64,000 nt of DNA from Candidatus Marinacidobacterales bacterium. GTDB taxonomy: Bacteria; Acidobacteriota; Vicinamibacteria; Marinacidobacterales; SMYC01. A program made the translations under genes and the position numbers. The notes beneath the pieces are model-generated. The model saw only the letters and a program-made list of their open reading frames with translations, had not been told where the DNA came from and searched no databases. The stretch is from assembly GCA_965237955.1 (NCBI GenBank), contig OZ250169.1:2464001-2528000 (forward strand), in the 5' to 3' direction. Below, piece by piece: positions 49,649-59,892 of this stretch. Numbering within the stretch: position 1 is the stretch's first letter; each line of letters opens with the position of its first letter.

Positions 49649-51373
49649 ATGGCTTACGAAGTACTAGCGCTCAAGTATCGGCCGAAGGTCTTCGAAGACC
49701 TCGTGGGCCAGGAGACGGTGACGCGCACGCTCACGAGCGCCATCGAACAAGATCGGCTCGCGAACGCGTTCCTGTTTTCCGGTGTCCGCGGCGTGGGCAA
49801 GACCACCACCGCCCGCATTCTCGCGAAAGCACTGAACTGCCACCGTGGACCCACGGTTCGTCCTTGCGGCGAATGCCCTGCATGTAAGGAGATTGCCCGA
49901 GGAAGATCCCTCGACGTGCTCGAGATCGACGGCGCCAGCAACAACGGTGTCGAGCAGGTGCGGGAGATCATCGAAGGCTCCCGCTACGCGCCGTCACGCG
50001 ACCGCTTCAAGATCTACATCATCGACGAAGTCCACATGTTGTCGACGGCCGCGTTCAACGCCCTCCTCAAGACGCTCGAAGAGCCGCCGCCGGCGGTGAA
50101 GTTCATGTTCGCGACGACCGAGCATCACAAGATTCCCGATACGATCCTGTCCCGCTGCCAGGAGTTTGAGTTCCGCACGGTCGCTCCAACCGAGATCGCG
50201 GCACAGCTCCAGATGATCGCACAGGCGGAGAGCATCGAGATCTCCGAGGCCGCTCTGCGCACGCTGGCCCGCTCTGCGGCGGGGAGCTTGCGAGACGGTA
50301 TTTCCGCGCTCGACCAGATCATCGCTGCGACGGGCAACAGGATTGAAGAACAAGATGTCACCGAGCTTCTCGGGCTTATCGAACGTGATGTGTTGCGCCA
50401 GACGACCCGGGCGCTTATCGAGCAGGACACCGCGGCGCTCCTTTTGATCGTCGACGATCTATCGAAGAGCGGCCGCGACTACCGGTACTTCACGACCGCG
50501 ATGATGGGCTACCTCCGAGACGTTCTCGTCGCCAAGGTGGCTCCAGACGCATCCGAGCTCATGGAGCTTCCCGGTGAAACGTCCGAGCTTCAAGCGCTCG
50601 CCGAGGAGTTTTCCGAAGAAGACTTGCTACGGAACCTCGACGTGTTGACTCAAACCGAGACGGCACTGCGCAGGTCACCCGAGCCGCGGTTTCATCTCGA
50701 GATGGCGCTGTTGAAGCTCTCACAGCTTCGCCGGCTCGCGCCCTTCGAAGAACTGCTCGAACGGTTCGAGGCCCTGGTTTCGGGAAAGACACCCCCGCCA
50801 CCTTCCGGCTCGCCCGCTCAAGGGGGCAAGCCGGTTTCGAAACCGAAGGTCAAAACGGCACCACCGGCGACGCCCACGGCCCCGCTCGAGACCTTGTCCT
50901 CCAAGCGGACCGCGGAAGTGCCGCCCATCGGTGGGAACACTGAGCCTGCACCGCCGACGCCGATTCCGGCTGACGACCCCGATTTTTTCGGGCGCCTCGT
51001 CGAACAACTCAAGGCGTCGAAGCCGATGTTGCACGCGCTCGTTTCCCACAACGAGACCGTGCGTCTCGACGGCGACCGGTTGACACTGAGCTATCGCCCC
51101 GGTCAGAAAGTATTGGCGGAGCAACTTCAAGAAAAAGCGGTGAAAGAGCTCCTCGAGGAGCAAGCATCGAACCTTCTCGGCCGAAAACTCTCGGTGACGG
51201 TGGAGCTCACCCGTGAGGCAGAGCAGGCAGACGAGGTAGCACCGGGTGAACCGCCGGAGGAAGATGGCGGGTCTCGAACACTGCGCGAGCGCGCCGATCG
51301 CGATCCGCTGGTGCGCCAGTTCATCGATACCTTTCAAGGTGAGATCGAAAGCGTGCAAAAACCGGATGTCTAG
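49649..51373 (+). CDS. dnaX: DNA polymerase III subunit gamma/tau
   Basis: LALKYRP, GVRGVGKTT, IIDEVHML and LKTLEEPP motifs. Confidence 0.97.
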   Translation: MAYEVLALKYRPKVFEDLVGQETVTRTLTSAIEQDRLANAFLFSGVRGVGKTTTARILAKALNCHRGPTVRPCGECPACKEIARGRSLDVLEIDGASNNGVEQVREIIEGSRYAPSRDRFKIYIIDEVHMLSTAAFNALLKTLEEPPPAVKFMFATTEHHKIPDTILSRCQEFEFRTVAPTEIAAQLQMIAQAESIEISEAALRTLARSAAGSLRDGISALDQIIAATGNRIEEQDVTELLGLIERDVLRQTTRALIEQDTAALLLIVDDLSKSGRDYRYFTTAMMGYLRDVLVAKVAPDASELMELPGETSELQALAEEFSEEDLLRNLDVLTQTETALRRSPEPRFHLEMALLKLSQLRRLAPFEELLERFEALVSGKTPPPPSGSPAQGGKPVSKPKVKTAPPATPTAPLETLSSKRTAEVPPIGGNTEPAPPTPIPADDPDFFGRLVEQLKASKPMLHALVSHNETVRLDGDRLTLSYRPGQKVLAEQLQEKAVKELLEEQASNLLGRKLSVTVELTREAEQADEVAPGEPPEEDGGSRTLRERADRDPLVRQFIDTFQGEIESVQKPDV

Positions 51374-51405
51374 AACGTAAATCCAAGTACCGTTTGGAGC
51401 AACCC

Positions 51406-51699
51406 ATGAAGCTCAATCAAATCATGAAGCAGGCGCAAGCGCTTCAAGAGAAATTCAAAAAGCAGCTCGAAGACTTGAGCGTCGAAGCGACTGCGGGCGG
51501 CGGCATGGTCTCGGTGCAGATGAACGGCAACAAAACCGTTCTCAGAGTGACCATCGACCCCGAAGTCGTCGACAAAGACGATGTCGAGATGCTCCAGGAC
51601 CTCGTGACCGCGGCGGTGAACGAGGCGTCGCGGAAGGTCGATGAAGAGGCGCAGCAACAACTGGGCTCGATGGCCGGCAACTTGCCGGGGTTGTTTTGA
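51406..51699 (+). CDS. ybaB: YbaB/EbfC nucleoid-associated protein
   Basis: AGGGMVSV and DVEMLQDLVTAAVNEA motifs, between dnaX and recR. Confidence 0.95.
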   Translation: MKLNQIMKQAQALQEKFKKQLEDLSVEATAGGGMVSVQMNGNKTVLRVTIDPEVVDKDDVEMLQDLVTAAVNEASRKVDEEAQQQLGSMAGNLPGLF

Positions 51700-51715
51700 G
51701 CGGCGGCGCTAGCGC

Positions 51716-52315
51716 GTGAAAGAATATCCGGAGCCGGTGTCGCGACTGATCGGCGAGCTCAAGGAGCTCCCCGGGATCGGTGCCAAATCGGCCCAGCGCA
51801 TCGCCTTCTATATCCTGCGCGCGGGCGAGGAGGATGTTCACCACCTTGCGCGCGCCATCGTGGACGTCAAGGAGAAGATCGTCACTTGCTCCGTTTGCAA
51901 CAACGTGACCGATGACGATCCGTGCATCTATTGCTCGAGTCCCGAGCGCAACTCGCGCGTCGTGTGCGTGGTGGAGGAGCCGCCGAACGTCGTGGCGATC
52001 GAGAGAACCCACGAGTTCAAAGGGAGGTACCACGTCCTGATGGGAAGCTTGTCGCCGCTCTCGGGCGTCGGCCCCGAGCAGCTCAAGATTCAAGGTCTGC
52101 TCGCCCGTCTCAGCGGAGGCGAGGTCGAGGAAGTCATTTTGGCGACCAACCCCAACGTCGAAGGCGAGGCGACCGCCATCTACCTGTCGAAGCTCATCAA
52201 ACCGCTAGGCGTCAAAGTGACGCGTATCGCGATGGGAATTCCGGTAGGAAGCGAGCTCGACTATGCCGACGCGGTGACCATGGGTAAAGCCCTCGAAGGG
52301 CGTCGCGAGTACTAG
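51716..52315 (+). CDS. recR: recombination mediator RecR
   Basis: [12 protein letters not shown]4 Zn finger and [16 protein letters not shown] motifs. Confidence 0.97.
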   Translation: MKEYPEPVSRLIGELKELPGIGAKSAQRIAFYILRAGEEDVHHLARAIVDVKEKIVTCSVCNNVTDDDPCIYCSSPERNSRVVCVVEEPPNVVAIERTHEFKGRYHVLMGSLSPLSGVGPEQLKIQGLLARLSGGEVEEVILATNPNVEGEATAIYLSKLIKPLGVKVTRIAMGIPVGSELDYADAVTMGKALEGRREY

Positions 52316-52468
52316 TGAACTTCATGCGAGGCTGCAACTCACGTGGGTGGACAATTTACGAGTCGCCGCTTGCCAAGTGGCGTTCTTTTAGATATACCTA
52401 TTAAGTAAAACAACCCGCAGTCTTCATTCCCTTGAGCGTGCAGGTCTCGGACGGAGGAAAGCAGAGTC

Positions 52469-52972
52469 ATGGCAGCGACCACTGATGTGGTGATGTATGA
52501 CGAGGAGTTTAATCAGATCAAGACGATTCTGAGCAAGCTCCGCACCGACGCCAACGCCAAACTGGTTTTCCTGGTGGACAAGAACGGCCAGCAGATTGCC
52601 GCCCATGGCAACATCGATAATCTGGATACCACGTCGCTAGCGTCTCTCACTGCGGGAAACGTCGCGGCGACCGACGCCCTCGCCAAGCTCATCGGTGAGA
52701 AGGAATTCTCCGTTCTCTTTCACGAAGGCGAAAGGGACAACATCCATATCTCTATCGTCGGGCTGCGAGTCATCCTCGTCGTGATTTTCGACGAGCGTTC
52801 CTCGCTCGGGCTGGTGCGTCTGCGCGTGAAGAAAGCTGCGGTCGACCTCAATGGAGTGTTCGACAGCATCATGCAGAAGGTCGAGGCGGAGAAAGCTTCG
52901 TCCGGTGGCAGCTTCGAGTCCCCTTTCGCAGAAATAACCGATGAAGATATCGACAGCTTGTTCAGTGAGTAA
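52469..52972 (+). CDS. mglB: roadblock/LC7 protein MglB
   Basis: LVDKNGQ, LASLTAGNVAAT and SSLGLVRLRVKK motifs. Confidence 0.93.
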   Translation: MAATTDVVMYDEEFNQIKTILSKLRTDANAKLVFLVDKNGQQIAAHGNIDNLDTTSLASLTAGNVAATDALAKLIGEKEFSVLFHEGERDNIHISIVGLRVILVVIFDERSSLGLVRLRVKKAAVDLNGVFDSIMQKVEAEKASSGGSFESPFAEITDEDIDSLFSE

Positions 52973-52981
52973 GGCCGGCCG

Positions 52982-53575
52982 ATGACCTTCATCAACTACG
53001 CGTCCCGCGAGATTAACTGCAAAATCGTGTACTACGGTCCCGGTCTATGCGGGAAGACGACGAACTTGCAGTTCATCTACGAGAAGACGAATCCGAACGC
53101 CAAGGGAAAGCTGATCTCGCTCGCAACCGAGACCGACCGCACCCTGTTCTTCGACTTCCTGCCCCTCGAGATCGGAAACGTCCGCGGCTTCAAGACGCGG
53201 TTCCACCTCTACACCGTGCCCGGACAGGTGTTCTACGACGCCTCTCGAAAGCTGATCCTGAAGGGCGTCGACGGCGTCATCTTCGTGGCCGATTCCCAGC
53301 GAGAGCGGATGGACGCGAACGTCGAGAGTCTCAGAAACCTTGAGCTGAATCTCAAGACGCAAGGCTACGACATTCGTGCCCTTCCCTACGTGCTGCAGCT
53401 CAACAAGCGCGACCTTCCGAGTGCGGTTCCGGTCGAGGAGATGAAGGCGAAGCTCGGCCTCAACAACGAGCCCGTCCTCGAGGCCATCGCCGCGTCAGAA
53501 GAAGGCATCGGCGTCTTCGATACCCTGAAGGCCGTGGCCAAGCTGGTCCTTCAGGACCTCACCAAGACGACCTAG
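52982..53575 (+). CDS. mglA: small Ras-like GTPase MglA
   Basis: [33 protein letters not shown] and NKRD motifs. Confidence 0.96.
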   Translation: MTFINYASREINCKIVYYGPGLCGKTTNLQFIYEKTNPNAKGKLISLATETDRTLFFDFLPLEIGNVRGFKTRFHLYTVPGQVFYDASRKLILKGVDGVIFVADSQRERMDANVESLRNLELNLKTQGYDIRALPYVLQLNKRDLPSAVPVEEMKAKLGLNNEPVLEAIAASEEGIGVFDTLKAVAKLVLQDLTKTT

Positions 53576-53700
53576 TCCCCTGTATCAGAACAAACTAGAT
53601 AAAGCAGAGCTTGCCGAAACACTTCTAAGTGCATGAATCTTATGAATCTTATGGGCTGGCGAAAAGCCTAACTTTGTATAGTAATCAAAGATCCAGGGGA
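53576..53700. mobile_element. MITE, 125 bp, inserted at the mglA stop codon (CTAG)
   Basis: CTAG-TCCCCTGTATC ... GATCCAGGGGA-CTAG. Same termini as the 18718-18873 element, with an AT-rich interior. Confidence 0.8.
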
Positions 53701-53717
53701 CTAGCGCCGCGCGCCCG

Positions 53718-53726
53718 TGCTATAAT
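53718..53726 (+). promoter_or_regulatory. extended -10 promoter of tRNA-Asn
   Basis: TGCTATAAT 13 bp upstream of the tRNA. Confidence 0.65.
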
Positions 53727-53739
53727 CTTTCGCTCTTGG

Positions 53740-53814
53740 TCCCCGGTAGCTCAACGGTGGAGCGGCGGACTGTTAATCCGTAGGCTGTTGGTTCAAATCC
53801 AACCCGGGGAGCCA
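53740..53814 (+). tRNA. tRNA-Asn(GTT)
   Basis: TCCCCGG acceptor, CGGA-CTGTTAA-TCCG anticodon arm, GTTCAAATC and CCA end. Confidence 0.95.
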
Positions 53815-53839
53815 ACCTTCTCGTCTCCCCCAATCGAGG

Positions 53840-54952
53840 CTAGGTGCGGCCGAAGCAGTACAAGACGCCGTCTTGTGTTCCGATGACGATGCGCCCGGAA
53901 GCCAGGGCCGGAGACGCGACGAAAGGCGCTCCCGCCTCGAACTCCCATACTTTCTCACCGCTCGCGAGATTGAGCACGTAGAATCGGCCGTCCGAGGAGC
54001 CGACATAGATGCGCGAGCCCGCGACCACGGGAGACGACTCGACGCGCGCGCCGGTCGAGAAAGTCCATACGGACTCTCCCGTCTTCTGGTCGATGGCGTG
54101 GACCATCTTGTCGCGTCCGCCGACAATGACTTTCCCGTCCGCGACCGCGGCCGAAGAGTAGAACGGGAAGTGGCGCGTTGGATGCTCGTAGCGCCAGAGG
54201 TATTGTTCGCTGTTCACGTCGACCGCGATGACATTGTTGGCGAATGTTCCGTAGTACGCGACGCCGTCGATGACGGCCGGGGTCGCCGCGGTGTACTCGC
54301 CCGAGTCCATTTGCAATTGCTCGATGCCGTCTTCGAGGCGGATGCCCCGCAACACCGCATCGCAGCCGGTCACGAGCACGAGGTCGCCGTCGCGGCTGGG
54401 CGTACTATGGAGAGGTCCCTGGCTCTGAAACTTCCATACGAGCTCGCCGGTTTTTCGATCGAGGGCGTACAGGTGCTCGTCGTAGGAGGAGACGAGCACG
54501 AGGTCATCGAAAACGACCGGAGAGGCTTTGATCTCGGCTTCGGTCGCGAACGTCCAAAGCGTCGTGCCGTCTTGGGCGTCGAAAGCGTGCGCCACTCCGA
54601 GGAGGTCACCGACGTACACCACGCCGTCGAACACCGTTGGAGACGACTCTCCGAAGAGGTCGTCCACCTCTCCGAAGTCACGCTTCCACACGACGGAGCC
54701 ATCCTTGAGATCGAGAGCCGCGACCAGTCCGGGAAGAGCGGTCATGTAAACGATGTCGTTCACGATCGCGGACGACGAATCGATCGAGAAGCCGGCATCG
54801 AAGCTCCACAGGAGTTTCAGGTCATCAGGAATCTCCGCCGTCGAGCGGCCCGTCCTCGTCGCACTCCCTCGAAACTGACTCCACTCGTTTTTCGGTGCTA
54901 CGTCGTCTTGCGGGAGCACCGCCACGAGCAACAACAGGCTCAAAACTCGCAA
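53840..54952 (-). CDS. PQQ-like beta-propeller repeat protein (BamB-like fold), secreted
   Basis: Signal peptide, WSQFRG and repeated LYALDxxTG.xxWxF / SSP motifs. Confidence 0.9.
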   Translation of the reverse strand: MRVLSLLLLVAVLPQDDVAPKNEWSQFRGSATRTGRSTAEIPDDLKLLWSFDAGFSIDSSSAIVNDIVYMTALPGLVAALDLKDGSVVWKRDFGEVDDLFGESSPTVFDGVVYVGDLLGVAHAFDAQDGTTLWTFATEAEIKASPVVFDDLVLVSSYDEHLYALDRKTGELVWKFQSQGPLHSTPSRDGDLVLVTGCDAVLRGIRLEDGIEQLQMDSGEYTAATPAVIDGVAYYGTFANNVIAVDVNSEQYLWRYEHPTRHFPFYSSAAVADGKVIVGGRDKMVHAIDQKTGESVWTFSTGARVESSPVVAGSRIYVGSSDGRFYVLNLASGEKVWEFEAGAPFVASPALASGRIVIGTQDGVLYCFGRT

Positions 54953-55172
54953 TAGTAAACCTCTGGTTCAGACAGCGCTCACGAGCAGCATCTGCCTCCC
55001 AACGGGTCTTCGGATTCGTCGCATGTTAACGATGTGCGTCTCCTTCCGTGCGAGCCCGTGCGCCCCTAACCGCCACTTTACTACGCTCTCCGAGCGCGGT
55101 GCTTATCTTAATATTGTGGTCCCGGTCGTAGAAACGCGGTGGCGTTGAGGACGAGCTCGAAGAGTTGGCGGC

Positions 55173-55883
55173 TTAGGTTTTCAGTGCCAGGCCGTGGGCG
55201 TTGTTTTCGCGAAGCTCGAGGATGCCAACCGAAAGGTGTCCGAGCACGGCGCGGGCGGTCTGCTCTTCGGAGAGTGGGCTCAAAGCGAAGACCGATCGCG
55301 TGGGCTCGGTCCCGCTGATGCGTGACAGGATGAACGCCTCGTGAGGCTTCATCGTCACCCGCTCCATCAGGACCATGGAGTCCTTGGTGAGCGATAGGTG
55401 GCGATCGTCTGCCATGAGCGTCTTCATGTGGTTGTCGATCTTGGGAGTCCGCCGGGCGGCCTCCATGATGATATCGAGGACGGCCACGGGTTGGCTGACG
55501 ACCTGGATCGTGTCTTGGGTCTTGGTGAACGCCAGCTTTTTGGGAGGGTTGATCATCACGTTCGATGCGATTTCCAGGATCTGCATGCGCACGTAGTCTT
55601 CGATTTCTTCGGACTGGATGATGTTCAGATCGACGAGGACATCGCCGAGACGCTTGCCCTTTTTGGCAAACAGCGTGGCGTCTAGTAGATGCTGCGCGGT
55701 AATGGAGCCTTGACGGACCATGACTTCGCCGAGCCGTTCGTCGTCACTCGACGAGCGCGCCGAGGTCACACCACCCTTTATGAACACGAGGTGTCGAGTG
55801 ACGCTCGCCCCCTGGCAGGTCAGAATGCCTGTCCGGCGTTCACGAGAGAGCTGCTGAAGTGTCTTTAGAACTTGTGTATTCAC
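55173..55883 (-). CDS. DUF4388 (PATAN-like) domain protein
   Basis: RERRTGILT..LVFIKGG..ARSS..ERLGEVMVRQG..RLGDVL. Start codon uncertain. Confidence 0.75.
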   Translation of the reverse strand: MNTQVLKTLQQLSRERRTGILTCQGASVTRHLVFIKGGVTSARSSSDDERLGEVMVRQGSITAQHLLDATLFAKKGKRLGDVLVDLNIIQSEEIEDYVRMQILEIASNVMINPPKKLAFTKTQDTIQVVSQPVAVLDIIMEAARRTPKIDNHMKTLMADDRHLSLTKDSMVLMERVTMKPHEAFILSRISGTEPTRSVFALSPLSEEQTARAVLGHLSVGILELRENNAHGLALKT

Positions 55884-56168
55884 GAGCTCACACAGTCCGA
55901 GTCGAAAACATTCGACGTCAAGCACCGGAGCTGGGGAGCCGGTACGCACGGGAGGCGCACGAGCCGCCGGGCTCTCGCACTTCCGCGCGTGTCTGGCCTC
56001 GGATAATGCAGGATATGTATCAGTCGTGACCCTTCTGCCACGGCCTCCACAAGGCCAAAAGTGTATTGTTTGCTGTTGATTAGAAGGGCTACGTTGAAAG
56101 AGGAGCGGCCGCATTCCCGGGTTTGTGGGACTTAGGACGCAGCCTTATGGGATTTGCCCCCCGCCGGC

Positions 56169-56615
56169 CTAAGGCTCGCGGATGACGGTGGAGTTGTCCT
56201 TCAGCCAGTCCCCGACGGTCTTGGCGAGCCGGCTGAGGTCGCGCCCGCCCGAGCCCGTTACCGAGAACTCTTTGCTGAAGGGCTGGTCGTCCCCGATACG
56301 GACGATGGCCCACATCCGCGGCGCCTTGTCGTCGGGGGTCCAGAGGTGACGCACCGCTTTGCCGGTCGTGTCGAGCTCGATGACGAGGTCGCCTTGCCCG
56401 AGGCACTGCACCGTGATCTGGGCCGACTCGCGCGTATAGGCGAGCTCCATCAGAGGAGACGCGTATTTGCCGAGCTCACGGCGGAACGTATCGAGATGCT
56501 CATCCTTGAACCCCTGGTTGCTGTCACGGCTGTAGGTGTAGATGCCGACAGGGTTCGGTTGCGCCTCGATCAAACCCGCCGTGAACGACAGGATGACGAT
56601 GAAAAAACCTGTCAT
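56169..56615 (-). CDS. hypothetical exported protein
   Basis: 148-aa ORF with a signal-peptide-like N-terminus. Confidence 0.6.
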   Translation of the reverse strand: MTGFFIVILSFTAGLIEAQPNPVGIYTYSRDSNQGFKDEHLDTFRRELGKYASPLMELAYTRESAQITVQCLGQGDLVIELDTTGKAVRHLWTPDDKAPRMWAIVRIGDDQPFSKEFSVTGSGGRDLSRLAKTVGDWLKDNSTVIREP

Positions 56616-56669
56616 GAAGCCACCATTGTATTACAGGCGATGCACGAGCTCATGTGGTAAGAACACGGG

Positions 56670-57917
56670 ATGAAGACGCTTCTCCTCGTTTCGGTTCTGC
56701 TCCTTGCGTTCGGCGCGATCTCCGAGCGGTTGAAGCGCACCGCGATCACGCCGCCGATGGTCTTCGTCGGCGTGGGGCTCGCTGTCGGCGCCGGTCTTTT
56801 CGGCTCGTTCGGCAGCTACGACGGCTTCGAGCTCACTCGCCTACTCTCCGAGCTCACGCTCATCATCGTGCTTTTTACCGACGCCTCGAGGATACGGTTC
56901 CGTGAGCTCAAAGAGGGCTATCAGCTTCCTCTGCGTCTCCTTGCGGTGGGGATGCCGCTCGGTGTCGGGTTCGGAGCCGTGCTCGCCATCGGGTTGTTTC
57001 CGGAACTTTCGATTTGGTCCGCGTGCGTTCTCGCGGCGATTCTCGTTCCCACCGACGCAGCTCTCGGCCAGGCCGTGGTCAGCAGCAAGAGCGTGCCGTC
57101 AAAGATCCGCCAAGCGTTGAACGTGGAAAGCGGCCTCAATGATGGCCTCGCGCTCCCAATCGTTCTCGTGTTCGCCGCGCTTGCGAACATGCAAGGGGAT
57201 CCGGTTGCATCTTGGCTTTGGTTCACCGCGAAGCAACTGATGCTCGGTCCTCTCGTAGGCGTTGTCGTCGGCTTCGCGGGCGGACGTCTGGTTGTGTTGT
57301 CCGTCGACCGCCACTGGATGGAGCATAGTTTCGAGCAGCTCTCGGCGTTGGCCCTGGCGTTTCTCGCGTTTCTCCTCGCGGAGCTCGTGGGCGGCAACGG
57401 ATTCATCGCGGCGTTCGTCGCCGGGATCACTGTCGGGAACACTGCCGGGCGCGTCGGTGCGGTGCTAGAGGAGTTCGCCGAGACCGAAGGGCAGCTCCTG
57501 AGTCTTCTCACGTTTTTGTGCTTCGGCGCTCACCTTGCATGGCCATTACTCGCCGACGTGAGCGGCACGATGGTGCTGTACGGAGTTTTGAGCCTGACGC
57601 TCATTCGCATGGTGCCGGTGAGCCTCAGCCTCATCGGCGCGAGGCTCCAATTTTTCACGCACCTTTTCCTGGGTTGGTTCGGTCCGCGTGGTCTCGCATC
57701 GATCCTGTTTGCGTTTCTGGTTCTCGAAGAGGGCGTTCCCGGTCGCGATCACATCTTGTTGGTCGTCGTCATCACGGTGTTGATGAGTGTGTACGCCCAC
57801 GGCGTGACCGCATGGCCCGCCTCGAAAGCGTACGCTCGCGTGTGTGAGAGAAAGCGAGACGATGCCATGGAAGAGTTTATGCCGGTGGCAGAGCTTCCGC
57901 CGCGGATTTCGTTTTAG
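56670..57917 (+). CDS. cation:proton antiporter (CPA1/NhaP-like)
   Basis: LFTDA, PTDAAL, NVESGLNDG and GWFGPRGLAS motifs. Confidence 0.92.
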   Translation: MKTLLLVSVLLLAFGAISERLKRTAITPPMVFVGVGLAVGAGLFGSFGSYDGFELTRLLSELTLIIVLFTDASRIRFRELKEGYQLPLRLLAVGMPLGVGFGAVLAIGLFPELSIWSACVLAAILVPTDAALGQAVVSSKSVPSKIRQALNVESGLNDGLALPIVLVFAALANMQGDPVASWLWFTAKQLMLGPLVGVVVGFAGGRLVVLSVDRHWMEHSFEQLSALALAFLAFLLAELVGGNGFIAAFVAGITVGNTAGRVGAVLEEFAETEGQLLSLLTFLCFGAHLAWPLLADVSGTMVLYGVLSLTLIRMVPVSLSLIGARLQFFTHLFLGWFGPRGLASILFAFLVLEEGVPGRDHILLVVVITVLMSVYAHGVTAWPASKAYARVCERKRDDAMEEFMPVAELPPRISF

Positions 57918-57931
57918 TCGGTTGTAATGCT

Positions 57932-58204
57932 CTAGCGTTGGAACATGGACCAAATCCCCCCAAGGTGATCGAGCACCGAGCCTTCGCCTTTGCCGCCGCC
58001 GCCGGTCTGCGGTGCCGCTTTCCAGATCCGGCCGGCGAGACGGCTGAACGGGAGCGACTGGAGCCACACGGTTCCGGGGCCGGTGAGGCTCGCAAAGAAG
58101 AACCCTTCGCCGCCGAAGATGGCGGACTTGACGCCTCCTACGAACTGGATGTCGTACGTCACCGAGGGGTCGAGGGCGACGTACCACTCCTTGGAATCGT
58201 TCAT
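57932..58204 (-). pseudogene. TIGR00266/AIM24 family protein remnant
   Basis: YDIQFVGGVKSAIFGGEGFFFASLTGPGTVWLQSLPFSRLA is the family C-terminus. Only 90 aa remain. Confidence 0.8.
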
Positions 58205-58305
58205 GTGCGTGCTCTCCCCATCGTGATGATGATTGGTTTGTGGCGCAAAAGTATATCAGACTTGCTACGCGCGTCCCGGGCCAGTAGATTTGCAAGATAA
58301 ACCTC

Positions 58306-59886
58306 ATGCCTCGCTCCCCCGAGCTCGCTCTCGTCCTGTGTCTCGTGTGTGCGCAGAGCTTTGCTCAGGAAGGGGCCGAAGACGAGGCGCGGCCGCCCAT
58401 CATCGACAGCATCGAGATCGTTGTCGAAGACGTGTTCGACGACGACGGGATGACGCCGGTGTTCTGGGCCTATCGCATGGCGAACGATCTCCATTTCAAG
58501 AGCCGGGAAGGTGTCATCCGCCGCGAGCTCTTGTTTGCCGAGGGCGATCCCGTCGACGACGAAGCTTTGGCGCAGACCGAGCGCAACCTGCGGGCTCTAC
58601 CGTTTCTTCGAAGCGCGCTCGTCGAAACCATCCCTCTCGATGACGACCGTGTGCGGATACGCATCACGACCTCGGACAGTTGGTCCACGAATCCCGAGCT
58701 GCGTCTTGCCAAGGTCGGAAACGTTTGGGTCTGGGCCGTCGGGGCGCGGGAAACGAACTTGTTCGGCCATGGGAAGCAGCTTCGCGTGCTGTACAACTCT
58801 GGTCTCGACCGCGACGAGACGTTTGTCTCCTACGGAGATCCACGGGTTCTCGGATCGCGGATCGCGACCGGGGTTTTGCTCTCGAACGCTTCCGATGGGC
58901 ATCGCGTGCAGCTCACCGCGCAAAGACCATTTTTCGCCATCGATACCCCCTACAGCTTTCGCTTCGCGTTCGAGGATTTCGATCGTCTCGACCCTCTTTA
59001 TAAGGATGGCGTGCGCGTCGAGGACCTGCGGCATTTGCGACGAGGAGGCGAAGTCCAAGTGGCGCGCGCGGTCCGGAGGAGAGCGACGAGTGCCGTTCGT
59101 CTCCATCTCGGATACATCAACTCCGACGACGACATCGCCGAAGGTCGTGACGTGCGCCGGTTCGGAATCGTTCGCGTCGGGGTGAGCACCGTCGGGCACG
59201 ATTTCTTGAAGCTGACCCACGTTAACCGTTTCGAACGTCCTGAGGACATCAATCTGGGAAACCAGGCGTCGGCATTTTTCGGCGTCTCCTCGCCTGCTCT
59301 CGGCGGCGAAGATCAAGTGTCCTATTTCTACTTCGTCGGCGCGGGGCGGGGATTCCGGCTCAATCAGAACGGTTTTCTGCTGTCGAATATTTCCTGGCAA
59401 GCTCGAAACCGAAACGACCGTCTCGAGAATAACTTCGCGTTGGTTCAACTCAATCTCGTTCAGAAGCTCACGTTGAAGAAGCTGATCCTGGCGAAGGCGA
59501 TTCTTCGCTACGGCAGCAACCTCGATCCGGAAGTTCAGATTCGCCTCGGCGCCGGCAGCGGATTGCGGGGCTATCCGGTCCGACAGTTCGCAGGCGATCG
59601 ATCGTTCCTGGTGAGCGCCGAGGGACGCTGGTTCCTCGCCAACAACATTGGACGCCTGGTTTCCGTCGGTGTGGCTGCTTTCGTGGATGCGGGCTTCGCC
59701 TGGCCGCGGGGTCAGCCGATGACGCTTGGCGACATGCGCTCGAACGTTGGCGTGAGCCTTCTACTCGGCAGCAACCGAATCTCGGGGTCGAGACCGGGCG
59801 TGCGGTTCGATTTCGCGTACGCGTTGCAGCCGATTGACGGGTTGAGTCCGTGGCTCGTTTCCGCTGGGTCGCGGATAGGGTTTTGA
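58306..59886 (+). CDS. Omp85 (BamA/TamA-like) outer membrane protein
   Basis: Signal peptide, POTRA-like VIRRELLF..ERNLR, ETNLFG.G, LRGY motif and terminal Phe. Confidence 0.85.
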   Translation: MPRSPELALVLCLVCAQSFAQEGAEDEARPPIIDSIEIVVEDVFDDDGMTPVFWAYRMANDLHFKSREGVIRRELLFAEGDPVDDEALAQTERNLRALPFLRSALVETIPLDDDRVRIRITTSDSWSTNPELRLAKVGNVWVWAVGARETNLFGHGKQLRVLYNSGLDRDETFVSYGDPRVLGSRIATGVLLSNASDGHRVQLTAQRPFFAIDTPYSFRFAFEDFDRLDPLYKDGVRVEDLRHLRRGGEVQVARAVRRRATSAVRLHLGYINSDDDIAEGRDVRRFGIVRVGVSTVGHDFLKLTHVNRFERPEDINLGNQASAFFGVSSPALGGEDQVSYFYFVGAGRGFRLNQNGFLLSNISWQARNRNDRLENNFALVQLNLVQKLTLKKLILAKAILRYGSNLDPEVQIRLGAGSGLRGYPVRQFAGDRSFLVSAEGRWFLANNIGRLVSVGVAAFVDAGFAWPRGQPMTLGDMRSNVGVSLLLGSNRISGSRPGVRFDFAYALQPIDGLSPWLVSAGSRIGF

Positions 59887-59892
59887 TCCGCC

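Noticed and set aside
49649-51373. E. coli-type dnaX -1 frameshift site
   Set aside because: No A AAA AAG heptamer was found. The closest is GAAAAAG at about 51131.
53740-53840. tRNA-Asn or tRNA-Ser as an integration site for an island
   Set aside because: No integrase and no duplicated tRNA 3' end were seen in the window.
55890-56165. Riboswitch upstream of the DUF4388 gene
   Set aside because: No recognisable aptamer consensus could be matched by eye.
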